DNA from: a bacterium | GTDB lineage: Bacteria; Desulfobacterota_D; UBA1144 | Length of the DNA stretch: 64,000 nt | Direction of reading: 5' to 3' | Assembly: GCA_018654605.1 (NCBI GenBank) | Contig: JABILG010000019.1 | Coordinates: 88,742-152,741 of the forward strand | Shown: one piece after another, positions 9,436-18,154 of the stretch | Layout: the number at the start of each line of letters is the position of its first letter | Position numbering within the stretch: the stretch's first letter is position 1 | Translations under genes and position numbers: made by a program | The notes under the pieces: generated by a model | The model's database searches: none | What the model was told of the DNA's origin: nothing | Seen by the model: the letters and a program-made list of their open reading frames with translations, nothing else

Positions 9436-12428
9436 TGGATACTCCTAATGTCTTCATTCTTGGTGCATCCTATCCAATAGCCGGGAAACAACCATCGAGT
9501 CTTCAAAGTATCACTGAAAAAACTAAAGTGCTCGATTGGCAGCTTGATAGTTTTAAGTCGATTAATTGGAAGAAGATTAATTTTCTAGGTGGTTACAATA
9601 TAGAAGATATTATAAAACATTACCCAGAAGTTAATTATATTTTAGTTGAAAATTGGGAATCAAATTCTTTACTAGATACTTTTTTTCAATGTCCTATGGA
9701 AGATTCTCCCGCTATTTTCACTTATGCAGATACGATTTTTCGTCCGGAGATTTTAAAGAAAATATCAAAAAGCAAAGCAGATATTGCTGTTGCGATAGAT
9801 ATTAACTATGAAACTCGTTATGATAATCGTTCGAAAGCTGATATAGGAATTGCAGAGATAATTATTCCTAATCACGGAGAATTTAAAGGTCAGAATTCTG
9901 AATTTACTGGTCTCTTTGGCATGCAACCTCATGTTGCCAAAATAGTAAGGACAATAAAGGGTAAGATTCCAGGGGTAAACCTCTTGGACCTTCTTTCTTA
10001 TTTTGAGAAAAGTGGATTACATATTGATTATATTGACGTTGGAACTAATTGGGCTGAATTGAACGAGCCACAAGATATAGCAAGGTTTATATTGGGGAAT
10101 AAAGCTCAGACATTGTCAAGATTAGCCCCTATGGTTAGGAAGAGTAAAATTGGAAAGCAGATTAGCTTTACTGTTAATGAGTGGTTCAACAAGAAGGATT
10201 TAATTATTTCAGAGATTCAAGAATTTTTTCATGAGAAGAGATTAATCATAAGAAGTAGTGCGTTAGATGAAGATGGATGGAGCAACTCCCTTGCCGGCCA
10301 ATACAAAAGTATCCCAAATGTAGATAGTGGTTCAATTAAGTCGATAATTAAAGTCGTTAAGGAAGTTATATCGTCTTATGGTGGAAGTAGAAATGATAGC
10401 AATGACGAAGTCTTAATTCAGGAATTTCTTGATGATATAAGTATTTCTGGCGTAGTATTTACATGTCAGTTAGAAACAGGTGCGCCTTATCATACTTTTA
10501 ATTTTCAAGATACTGAAGGTTCAATAGAAGCGATAACCTCAGGCACATCTCAAGATGACAGAACTATTGTATTACATAGAAGGGAAATTGCAGAATTAAA
10601 GAAGTTGGAACCAAAGCTTGAACCAGTCAGAAAGGCGATAGACGAATTAAAAGACTTGCTGTCTTTTGATAAATTAGATATCGAGTTTGCAATAGACAAG
10701 AAAGGACTAGTTCATATTCTTCAGGTTCGACCAATTGCAGTAGACCACAGAGAGTACGACGATGTAACTAATTTATTTGAGGACAAACTAGATGAGGCAG
10801 CTGCTTTATTTGTTTCTTTCCAAGATCAATCAGATGTCCTCTTAGGTAGCACAACATCTTTTAGTAATATGTCAGATTGGAATCCTGCGGAAATTATTGG
10901 AATTCATCCTAATCCTTTAGCTTTTAGCCTCTATAGGTTTTTGATAACTGATGATGTTTGGGCTGAACAACGTTCAGAGTTTGGTTATCGTAAAATTAAG
11001 GAATGCCCATTAATCATTGCATTTTGTGGTCAGCCCTATGTCGATTTACGAGCTAGCTTCAATTCCTTTATCCCAGCCAACATTGATAGCACATTAGCAA
11101 AGAAGTTAATTACAGCCTATCTAGGCAACCTATCTTCCAGACCTCAGTATCATGATAAAATTGAGTTTGATATTGCGATGACTTCATGGACGCCAACTTT
11201 TAGAAGGGATGCAGAGGAAAGATTGATTTCTTGGGGTATAAATTCTAAAGAAATTAATAAACTTGAAGAAGGATTAAAGCTAATAACCTCAAGGGCCATA
11301 ATAAATTTTGAGAAAAATACTTCTATTGAAACTTTGACAAAAAATCGCGACAAAATTTTACAAAATAAAATGGGATTGTTAAACAAAGGACTTTCTTTGC
11401 TTGTTGATTGTAAGAAGAATGGGACGCTAGCCTTCGCACATTCTGCACGACATAGCTTTGTTGCCATAAGTTTTCTTAAGAGTTTTATAGAAATTGATAT
11501 ATTCACTAAAGACGAAGTAGACTTGCTATTATCTTCCATCGAGGGTGTTTCTACTAGTATGCGAAAGAACCAAATTGCTTTACTCGATCGTAAAATTACC
11601 TTGGATGAGATGATTCTAAAATACGGCCACCTGCGCCCAGGTACATACGACGCTACGGCTCCTGCCTATTGGGAAGACTCTCAGTATTATTTAAAAGCAG
11701 AAAATAGTAATATGAATATAAAGTCCTCAAATTTTGATTTATCTAAAAAACAGGAAAACTCGATAGTGGAATTTATGAAGGATCTTGGTGTAAGTATTGC
11801 TCCCAATAAGCTAATTAATTATATGAAAAGTGCAATTGTAGCTCGAGAGGAAACAAAGCTAGAATTTACTCGTAATTTAAGCCTGGCGTTAGACTGTTTC
11901 GTAGAATTTGGCAAAGAGATTGGGTTAAGTCGTAAGGAGGTTGTTTATTTAGAATATAAGGATTTTGAACAACTTAGTTTAGATGGTTTAGATTTTAATG
12001 AAGTTAAACAAATTATTAGTTCTCGTATGACTCAAGACAAGCTGAATCATATGTTTGAGATTCCGCCATTTATAAAAAGTAAAGAAGATTTTTATTGTTT
12101 TGAGCATTATGATGCTCAAATAAATTATATTACCAATAAGAAGATTATTGGTAAATTAAAGAATTTAAATACAAGAGTTCACGACAATTTAGAAGGCAAG
12201 ATTATTTTGACACATCAGGCCGATCCTGGGTACGATTGGGTTTTTAGTCGTAATATTGTTGGATTGATAACTGAACATGGTGGCGCTAACTCTCACATGG
12301 CGATTAGAGCAGCTGAACTAGGATTACCCGCCGCTATAGGTATAGGTAGCAAGTTGTTCAATAAATTAGCCAAAAGTAATAAAATTAAATTAGATTGTGG
12401 TAACCATAATATTATAATTATTAATTGA
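9435..12428 (+). CDS. fusion protein: N-terminal LicC-like nucleotidyl(cytidylyl)transferase domain + PPDK/PEP-synthase-type ATP-grasp domain + C-terminal phosphohistidine 'swivel' domain (glutamine-kinase / rifampin-phosphotransferase-like architecture)
   Basis: aa ~1-230 N..Y...N...SL and WAELNEPQD resemble LicC-type NTases; middle RSSALDEDGWSNSLAGQYKS is the PPDK_N ATP-grasp motif; C-terminal ITEHGGANSHMAIRAAELGLPAAIG is the PEP-utilizing mobile His motif (His codon 12294-12296); no TIM-barrel domain after it. Confidence 0.6.
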   Translation: MDTPNVFILGASYPIAGKQPSSLQSITEKTKVLDWQLDSFKSINWKKINFLGGYNIEDIIKHYPEVNYILVENWESNSLLDTFFQCPMEDSPAIFTYADTIFRPEILKKISKSKADIAVAIDINYETRYDNRSKADIGIAEIIIPNHGEFKGQNSEFTGLFGMQPHVAKIVRTIKGKIPGVNLLDLLSYFEKSGLHIDYIDVGTNWAELNEPQDIARFILGNKAQTLSRLAPMVRKSKIGKQISFTVNEWFNKKDLIISEIQEFFHEKRLIIRSSALDEDGWSNSLAGQYKSIPNVDSGSIKSIIKVVKEVISSYGGSRNDSNDEVLIQEFLDDISISGVVFTCQLETGAPYHTFNFQDTEGSIEAITSGTSQDDRTIVLHRREIAELKKLEPKLEPVRKAIDELKDLLSFDKLDIEFAIDKKGLVHILQVRPIAVDHREYDDVTNLFEDKLDEAAALFVSFQDQSDVLLGSTTSFSNMSDWNPAEIIGIHPNPLAFSLYRFLITDDVWAEQRSEFGYRKIKECPLIIAFCGQPYVDLRASFNSFIPANIDSTLAKKLITAYLGNLSSRPQYHDKIEFDIAMTSWTPTFRRDAEERLISWGINSKEINKLEEGLKLITSRAIINFEKNTSIETLTKNRDKILQNKMGLLNKGLSLLVDCKKNGTLAFAHSARHSFVAISFLKSFIEIDIFTKDEVDLLLSSIEGVSTSMRKNQIALLDRKITLDEMILKYGHLRPGTYDATAPAYWEDSQYYLKAENSNMNIKSSNFDLSKKQENSIVEFMKDLGVSIAPNKLINYMKSAIVAREETKLEFTRNLSLALDCFVEFGKEIGLSRKEVVYLEYKDFEQLSLDGLDFNEVKQIISSRMTQDKLNHMFEIPPFIKSKEDFYCFEHYDAQINYITNKKIIGKLKNLNTRVHDNLEGKIILTHQADPGYDWVFSRNIVGLITEHGGANSHMAIRAAELGLPAAIGIGSKLFNKLAKSNKIKLDCGNHNIIIIN

Positions 12429-12444
12429 GGTACAATTTATAATT

Positions 12445-13074
12445 ATGAAGATATTAGCTATAAGCCAAAGAGTAGAAAATATTTATGAATACTCTGAGAA
12501 ACGCGATTGCTTAGATCAAAGGTGGACCAGCCTGATTCATAGGCTTGGTTTTTTGCCTCTTCCTTTATCTAATCTTGCTTCACCCTCAGAGTTTATAGAA
12601 AATATAACCCCTTCAGCCATTATCTTAAGTGGAGGAAACAATATAGCCAAAGTAGATAAATTAGCTTTAGATGTTTCAACTGAGCGAGATAAATTTGAAG
12701 AAAGATTAATCAAGATTGCAATAAAGAAAAATATCCCAATTATAGGTGTGTGTAGGGGGATGCAAATGATCAACTTGTTCTTTGATGGATCAATGTCGCA
12801 GGTTGTGAATCACACAGGCGTCAAACACGAGATTACTTTTGTAGGTAAATATTTAGAAGAAGAATCTAGAGAAGTTAATAGTTACCATAGATGGTGTATT
12901 CAGGAGCCAGGTCTCGGAAGGTCGTTAGTTCCATTAGCTATAGCGAACGACGGAACAGTCGAGTCTTTTTATCATGAAAAGTATCCAATTCTTGGTATTA
13001 TGTGGCACCCTGAACGAGAGGAGCCACACGTGCAGGACGATTTAAATCTTATTAAAAAGTTTGTTCAATCATGA
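12445..13074 (+). CDS. class I glutamine amidotransferase-like / peptidase C26 family hydrolase
   Basis: GVCRGMQMIN nucleophile-elbow Cys, downstream HPE catalytic His/Glu; 209 aa. Confidence 0.7.
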   Translation: MKILAISQRVENIYEYSEKRDCLDQRWTSLIHRLGFLPLPLSNLASPSEFIENITPSAIILSGGNNIAKVDKLALDVSTERDKFEERLIKIAIKKNIPIIGVCRGMQMINLFFDGSMSQVVNHTGVKHEITFVGKYLEEESREVNSYHRWCIQEPGLGRSLVPLAIANDGTVESFYHEKYPILGIMWHPEREEPHVQDDLNLIKKFVQS

Positions 13075-13850
13075 GGGCACTAATTCTAGCCGCTGGTGAA
13101 GGCTCAAGATTAAGGCCATTAACTAAAGATAAACCTAAAGCTTTAGTAGAACTTTGTGATAAGACTTTACTTGAAAGACAAGTCTCAATCTTACAAAAAG
13201 CTGGTATTACCGATATTGCGATAGCAACCGGCTACAAAGGAGAGCAAATACAAGAGTTGGGTTTTAATTGTTATCATAATCCTGATTATGCCACTAGCAA
13301 TATGGTTTATAGTCTTTTTAATGCTTTGCCGTTTTTGGAAAGAGAAGGAGATTTAATAATATCTTATGGTGATATTGTTTACGAGTTAGACAATTTAAAA
13401 AAAATAATTACGTCAGATGCAGCTGTAAATGTAATGGTAGATAAGGAGTGGTTTAAATATTGGAAGATGAGATTTGTAGATCCTTTAACAGATGCAGAGA
13501 GTCTAATATTAAATGATGATGGAACAATAAAGGAGCTGGGTTTAAAAACAGAGAGCTATAACGATATTCAAGGTCAGTATATTGGGTTAATAAAAGTAAG
13601 ACGTGATAAGTTGAAAGCTTTAATAAGTTTTTATCATAATCTAAAGATAAAAAAATCATCTAATATTAAAGATCTTAATAATATGTTTTTAACAGATTTT
13701 ATACAATTGTTAATCAATGCAGACTGGGATATAAGGGCTATATTAATTAGTGGAGGATGGTTGGAGGTAGACTCTTTAAAAGATCTTAATCTTTATGAGG
13801 GATTAGCAAAAAGTAAGGAGCTAGATTCTTATTGTAGGTTAGATAAGTGA
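13071..13850 (+). CDS. sugar-/alcohol-phosphate nucleotidyltransferase (LicC/CTP:phospho-X cytidylyltransferase-like)
   Basis: MRALILAAGEGSRLRPLTKDKPKALVEL signature; ATGA overlap with upstream gene. Confidence 0.8.
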   Translation: MRALILAAGEGSRLRPLTKDKPKALVELCDKTLLERQVSILQKAGITDIAIATGYKGEQIQELGFNCYHNPDYATSNMVYSLFNALPFLEREGDLIISYGDIVYELDNLKKIITSDAAVNVMVDKEWFKYWKMRFVDPLTDAESLILNDDGTIKELGLKTESYNDIQGQYIGLIKVRRDKLKALISFYHNLKIKKSSNIKDLNNMFLTDFIQLLINADWDIRAILISGGWLEVDSLKDLNLYEGLAKSKELDSYCRLDK

Positions 13851-14989
13851 GAACTTTTTTTAAACAACTAAGTCAATTGATTAGCTTTACTCAGTTATCA
13901 AAAGCTGAGAAAAGTATAGTCTTTTATTCTGAAGGCAAAGATTCTTGGATACATTTAAAAGGACTTATAGAGGAATTTTTGAAAACTTCTAAAATACATA
14001 TTTGCTATATAAGCTCTGAAGAGAATGACCCTGGTTTAAACTTAAAAGATCCTAAATATAAAGCTTTTTGTATAGGAAGTGGATATATGAGGGATTGGTT
14101 GTTTTCTAATATTCAGACAAACATAATGGTTATGACAATGCCTGACTTAAACTCTTTTCAGCTGAAGCAATCTAGCTATAATGTGCACTATGTTTATCTA
14201 CAGCACTCGTTAGTTAGCCTTCATATGGCATACCGTAAAGGCGCCTTTGATTATTTTCAAACTATTTTTTGTGCTGGAGCACATCACGTTAAGGAGCTGA
14301 GACGTATTGAACAGATTCAGAATTTGAAGCCTAAGAATCTTGTTCAGCATGGTTATAGCCGTTTAGATCAGATTATAAAAGAAACCCCTAGAAATTTAAG
14401 AATTACCAGATCTCTTAAACCTATTAAGCATATATTGATTGCACCTTCGTGGGGGGAAAATACTATTATTGATATGATTGGCGAGGAATTAGTTAGCATA
14501 TTGTTAACAGATGGGTTCAAAGTTACTTTGCGCCCTCATCCTCAGACTATCAAATTATCATGGCATAAAGTAGAGCAAATATTAAAAAAGCATGAAGCAA
14601 ATTCTTTATTTAATTTAGAGGTTGAGATGTCTAGCCAAGTATCTCTAAGTGAATCTGATTTGATGGTTAGTGATTGGTCAGGCGCCGCGCTGGACTATGC
14701 GTTTGGTCTCAATAAGCCTGTATTATTTATCGATCTTCCAAAAAAAGTGAATAATTATGATTATAATGAACTAGAAATTGAACCTCTTGAGGTATCTATC
14801 CGTTCAAAAATAGGCGGGATTCTTGCTTTAGATGAGTTGCCTAATATAGCAACTTGTATTAACGCTTTATTAAAGAGTTATGATAATCAAAAGCTGATGC
14901 AGCTTTCTAATGATACGGTGTATAATTTAGGGTCTGCTGACAGTGTTGGCGTCCAAGCGTTAGAAGAATTAATTAATAATAATGTATGA
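13847..14989 (+). CDS. CDP-glycerol glycerophosphotransferase (TagB/TagF) family phosphotransferase
   Basis: LIAPSWGEN (cf. TagF YAPTWR) and MVSDWSGAALDYAFGLNKPVLFIDLP (cf. LITDYSS...DF..L.KP) motifs; GTGA overlap start. Confidence 0.6.
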   Translation: MRTFFKQLSQLISFTQLSKAEKSIVFYSEGKDSWIHLKGLIEEFLKTSKIHICYISSEENDPGLNLKDPKYKAFCIGSGYMRDWLFSNIQTNIMVMTMPDLNSFQLKQSSYNVHYVYLQHSLVSLHMAYRKGAFDYFQTIFCAGAHHVKELRRIEQIQNLKPKNLVQHGYSRLDQIIKETPRNLRITRSLKPIKHILIAPSWGENTIIDMIGEELVSILLTDGFKVTLRPHPQTIKLSWHKVEQILKKHEANSLFNLEVEMSSQVSLSESDLMVSDWSGAALDYAFGLNKPVLFIDLPKKVNNYDYNELEIEPLEVSIRSKIGGILALDELPNIATCINALLKSYDNQKLMQLSNDTVYNLGSADSVGVQALEELINNNV

Positions 14990-17253
14990 CGATGAGATAT
15001 AAACAAGCAGTAAACTTATTAGCCTTCTTTAGCTTGGTAATCTTTGTAGTTATACCAGGCACTCTCTATTTGTTTAACCATAATCAATGGAACTATGATT
15101 ATTGGCTTCTAATATATTTCTGTGGATTTGGTGCGATAAGTTTTATTGCTCTATATCTTGTTTACTATGCGATTAATAAATTCTCTAACAGGTATGCAGA
15201 AATATTCGCCTATATTATCTTTTCTATAGGCTTAATTACATTATTGAATGATACATTGTCCCCAGTCCAGCTTGGCTTGTTGGATGGAAGTAGGATTCAT
15301 AGCAATGAGCCATTCTTCTATACATTAATTGAATCCATCATCACTTTTATAGCTATAGGATTTGTATGGTTTTCGGTTAAGAAAAATAAACAGTGGATAT
15401 ATATAATTATCAAACCCATATATTTCGTGAGTGCAGGACTGATTATCTTTAGCCTGGTACTTCAGGATGGCTTTCAAGAGAAAGAAGAGGCTAAGAATAA
15501 ATTGCAAGTTCGAGAGTTGCCTAATATATACCACTTCCATATTGATGGTATGCAAACAGACTATTTTTTACGTTATATAAATAATCATCCAGAAGTTAAA
15601 AAGAAGCTTGAAGGTTTTACACTATTTGAAAAGAACATTGCTAATTATCATAGTACAATGTTGTCTTTACCTAGTTATATGACCAGTACAACACATTTAG
15701 AAGGTAGGTTTGATAAATGGCTGAAGAGTTATGACCAGGGCCTACTGAGAAAATTAAAAAAGCGAGGCTATAGATTAGTCCATAATAGCAACGCTCCTTA
15801 TAGAAGTAATTATTTTGATAAGATAATCGCGATTCCAGAACTGTTAAAAAGATATAACGGTGCTCAACATCTATCTATAGTAGAATTTACCAGGATATGG
15901 CTGACTAAAATAATTCCTAATTTCTTAACAAATGAATCTTTATCCCTAGGAAAAGAAATTGGTAAACGTTTTTTTTATATACTCAATCCTAATCATGACA
16001 CAGACATTGCGTTAACCATGGAAGATGGGACAGCGGCACTATCTGGGATTCTATTATTTAAAGACATGATGTCAGATATTGATTATTACTCGCGTCCTAA
16101 TCAGTACGTATTCTCTCTTAATTCTATTCTACACGATAGCTATGTTAGTTCTCCAAGCTGTAAGATAGAAAAAAGACCTGATTTTCCGGTAGCCCAAAGA
16201 TACTACCGACAGCTTGAGTGTGCAATGATGCTCATTGAAGAATTTGTGTACACACTAAAAAGCCTAGATCGCTATAATGATTCACTAATTGTGATTCATG
16301 GTGATCATGGGTCTGCCTATGCGGGTCAACTGCTAGATTTCCAAGATAGTTCCTTTCAAACAAACATGGATAACGCGGACATGTCACCTTTCGACACTGT
16401 AATTGGGAGTAAAAGCTTAAAAGTGCTTGAATCCAAGGCTAGGGCATTGTTAATGGTTAAGCCTATATTCGCCACTGGTGAAATGGTTATATCTAATCTT
16501 CCTACACATTTACTAGATGTGTATCCAACCATCATGGGACAGATTGGTGTTAATAATCTAGAGAACATTAAAGGCGTAGATTTATTCAGCAATAAAGATA
16601 TACAAGACAGACAGCGTTATTTTTATTACATGGGTGGTAGTTCGCATCATGCTCAAATAACAAATTATCATACTATGATTCCGGATTATGATGGTAATTC
16701 GGGTATTTTATCGTTGGTTCCAAAGAGTACAGGTAAAACAACGGCAAAATCTTTCTTTAAGAATGCAAAAGATATAAAAGAATATAGAGATATTAAGTTC
16801 TATTACACAACTGTGAACGGGAAGCTTGAAAATAATAGAGCTTGGATATTCGTTGAAGGAATAGACCTTCCTCGAAATTGGGGATCCTGGACAAACAGTG
16901 ACAAGGTTACCTTAGCCTTTGTGCCAGAGAATCCAAGCCCGTTAGAATATAGAGCATTAACTTTAAGGATATCTGATATATTCGTTAACTTTAAAAATCC
17001 ACAGCTTAGCGCCAAGTTTTATTTAAATAAAAAATTAATTGGCTCACTAGTTTTTGGTATGCCTAAGAGCCAATACTCTTTTCCACAAGATGTTGAATTT
17101 GAACTCTCTAAGGATCTAATTATTTATGACCAGCCCAATGTGTTGGAGATATATATAGAAGGAGCTAATTCAGAAAGAGGTTTAGGAATAGGTGTAGATG
17201 ATAGAAAACTAGGGCTGGCTCTAGTTGAGTTATCATTAAAAAAATATAAGTGA
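14986..17253 (+). CDS. polytopic membrane protein with sulfatase/alkaline-phosphatase-superfamily catalytic domain (LtaS/EptA/OpgB-like phospho-group transferase) plus ~200-aa C-terminal extension
   Basis: ~5 N-terminal TM helices; NIYHFHIDGMQTDYF metal-site region and VIHGDHGSAYAG (GDHG) sulfatase motif; ATGA overlap start. Confidence 0.6.
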   Translation: MTMRYKQAVNLLAFFSLVIFVVIPGTLYLFNHNQWNYDYWLLIYFCGFGAISFIALYLVYYAINKFSNRYAEIFAYIIFSIGLITLLNDTLSPVQLGLLDGSRIHSNEPFFYTLIESIITFIAIGFVWFSVKKNKQWIYIIIKPIYFVSAGLIIFSLVLQDGFQEKEEAKNKLQVRELPNIYHFHIDGMQTDYFLRYINNHPEVKKKLEGFTLFEKNIANYHSTMLSLPSYMTSTTHLEGRFDKWLKSYDQGLLRKLKKRGYRLVHNSNAPYRSNYFDKIIAIPELLKRYNGAQHLSIVEFTRIWLTKIIPNFLTNESLSLGKEIGKRFFYILNPNHDTDIALTMEDGTAALSGILLFKDMMSDIDYYSRPNQYVFSLNSILHDSYVSSPSCKIEKRPDFPVAQRYYRQLECAMMLIEEFVYTLKSLDRYNDSLIVIHGDHGSAYAGQLLDFQDSSFQTNMDNADMSPFDTVIGSKSLKVLESKARALLMVKPIFATGEMVISNLPTHLLDVYPTIMGQIGVNNLENIKGVDLFSNKDIQDRQRYFYYMGGSSHHAQITNYHTMIPDYDGNSGILSLVPKSTGKTTAKSFFKNAKDIKEYRDIKFYYTTVNGKLENNRAWIFVEGIDLPRNWGSWTNSDKVTLAFVPENPSPLEYRALTLRISDIFVNFKNPQLSAKFYLNKKLIGSLVFGMPKSQYSFPQDVEFELSKDLIIYDQPNVLEIYIEGANSERGLGIGVDDRKLGLALVELSLKKYK

Positions 17254-17310
17254 TTTTTTCATATTTATTATTTATATTTACTACTATCTTGTAAACTAAA
17301 GGAGATTTTT

Positions 17311-17688
17311 ATGGTTTTATTCACTAAAGTTACCGGATTAATTTTAATTTTTCTTGGAGGATTGGGATATTATTTATATGAAACTCGTACTGTATTAATT
17401 CCTATAATCTTGGGCTCGTTAATTCTCATTTTAGGATTGGTTGCAGATAATCTAAACAGAAAAAGAATGGCTATACACATCGCTGTAATGTTAACAGTAG
17501 TGGGTCTGGTTGTGTGCTGGAGCGGAATCAAAGAACTTCCGCTATTGTTATCTTGTGGTGGAATATTGACTTGTGATGCGGTAAATAGACCCGTTGCAGT
17601 TTTATTTAGGTCAACAATGTTCATCGTTCTTTTTCCTTACTTTATTGCTTCAATAATATTTTTTATTAAAGCAAGAATGAGTAAATAA
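17311..17688 (+). CDS. hypothetical 4-TM membrane protein
   Basis: Strong RBS AAAGGAG 7 nt upstream; four hydrophobic helices. Confidence 0.4.
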   Translation: MVLFTKVTGLILIFLGGLGYYLYETRTVLIPIILGSLILILGLVADNLNRKRMAIHIAVMLTVVGLVVCWSGIKELPLLLSCGGILTCDAVNRPVAVLFRSTMFIVLFPYFIASIIFFIKARMSK

Positions 17689-17709
17689 ATATTTGGTATA
17701 ATATGATTA

Positions 17710-18153
17710 ATGGGATTCCCAAAGATAAAATCTAATATATCAGAGATTAGCTCTTATACGGGTAGCAAAGAGAAGTATCCAATGTTCATAGCAAGAGTTC
17801 AGGCAGGCTTCCCTTCGCCAGGAGATGACTATATTGAAAAGAATCTTGATTTAAATGAGCTTTTAATAAAGAACCCCTCGGCAACTTTTTTTGTAAAAGT
17901 TGAAGGAGATTCTATGGTTAACGCTGGAATAAACTCGGGGGATACTTTAGTCGTAGATAAAGCGGTAGAGGCCAAAGACAAGAGTGTGGTAATTGCTTAT
18001 ATTAATGGAGAATTGACAGTTAAAAGGATTTGGCTTGGAAAGGGAAAGGTTTTTTTAAACCCTGAGAATGAAGATTTTAGCCCTATAGAAGTTACAGAAG
18101 AGACAGATTTTGATATATGGGGAGTCGTGACCTACGTAATACATAAGGTTTGA
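17710..18153 (+). CDS. umuD: translesion DNA polymerase V accessory subunit UmuD (S24 peptidase, LexA-like)
   Basis: [40 protein letters not shown] aligns closely with E. coli UmuD including AG cleavage site, Ser (GDSM) and Lys (KRIW..GK). Confidence 0.8.
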   Translation: MGFPKIKSNISEISSYTGSKEKYPMFIARVQAGFPSPGDDYIEKNLDLNELLIKNPSATFFVKVEGDSMVNAGINSGDTLVVDKAVEAKDKSVVIAYINGELTVKRIWLGKGKVFLNPENEDFSPIEVTEETDFDIWGVVTYVIHKV

Positions 18154-18154
18154 T

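Noticed and set aside
9435-12428. Calling the 997-aa protein phosphoenolpyruvate synthase (ppsA) or PPDK
   Set aside because: The His swivel domain is at the extreme C-terminus with no PEP/pyruvate TIM-barrel domain after it, and there is an extra N-terminal NTase domain. The architecture fits kinase-type (RPH/Gln-kinase-like) enzymes instead.
9184-17253. Phosphonate (PEP mutase) biosynthetic cluster
   Set aside because: No PEP mutase/phosphonopyruvate decarboxylase-like ORF and no EDKxxxK-type motif were seen; only LicC-like NTases are shared with phosphonate loci.
17254-17710. LexA/SOS box upstream of umuDC
   Set aside because: I scanned for CTGT-N8-ACAG and GTTC-N7-GTTC patterns by eye and found none, so no SOS-operator feature is reported.
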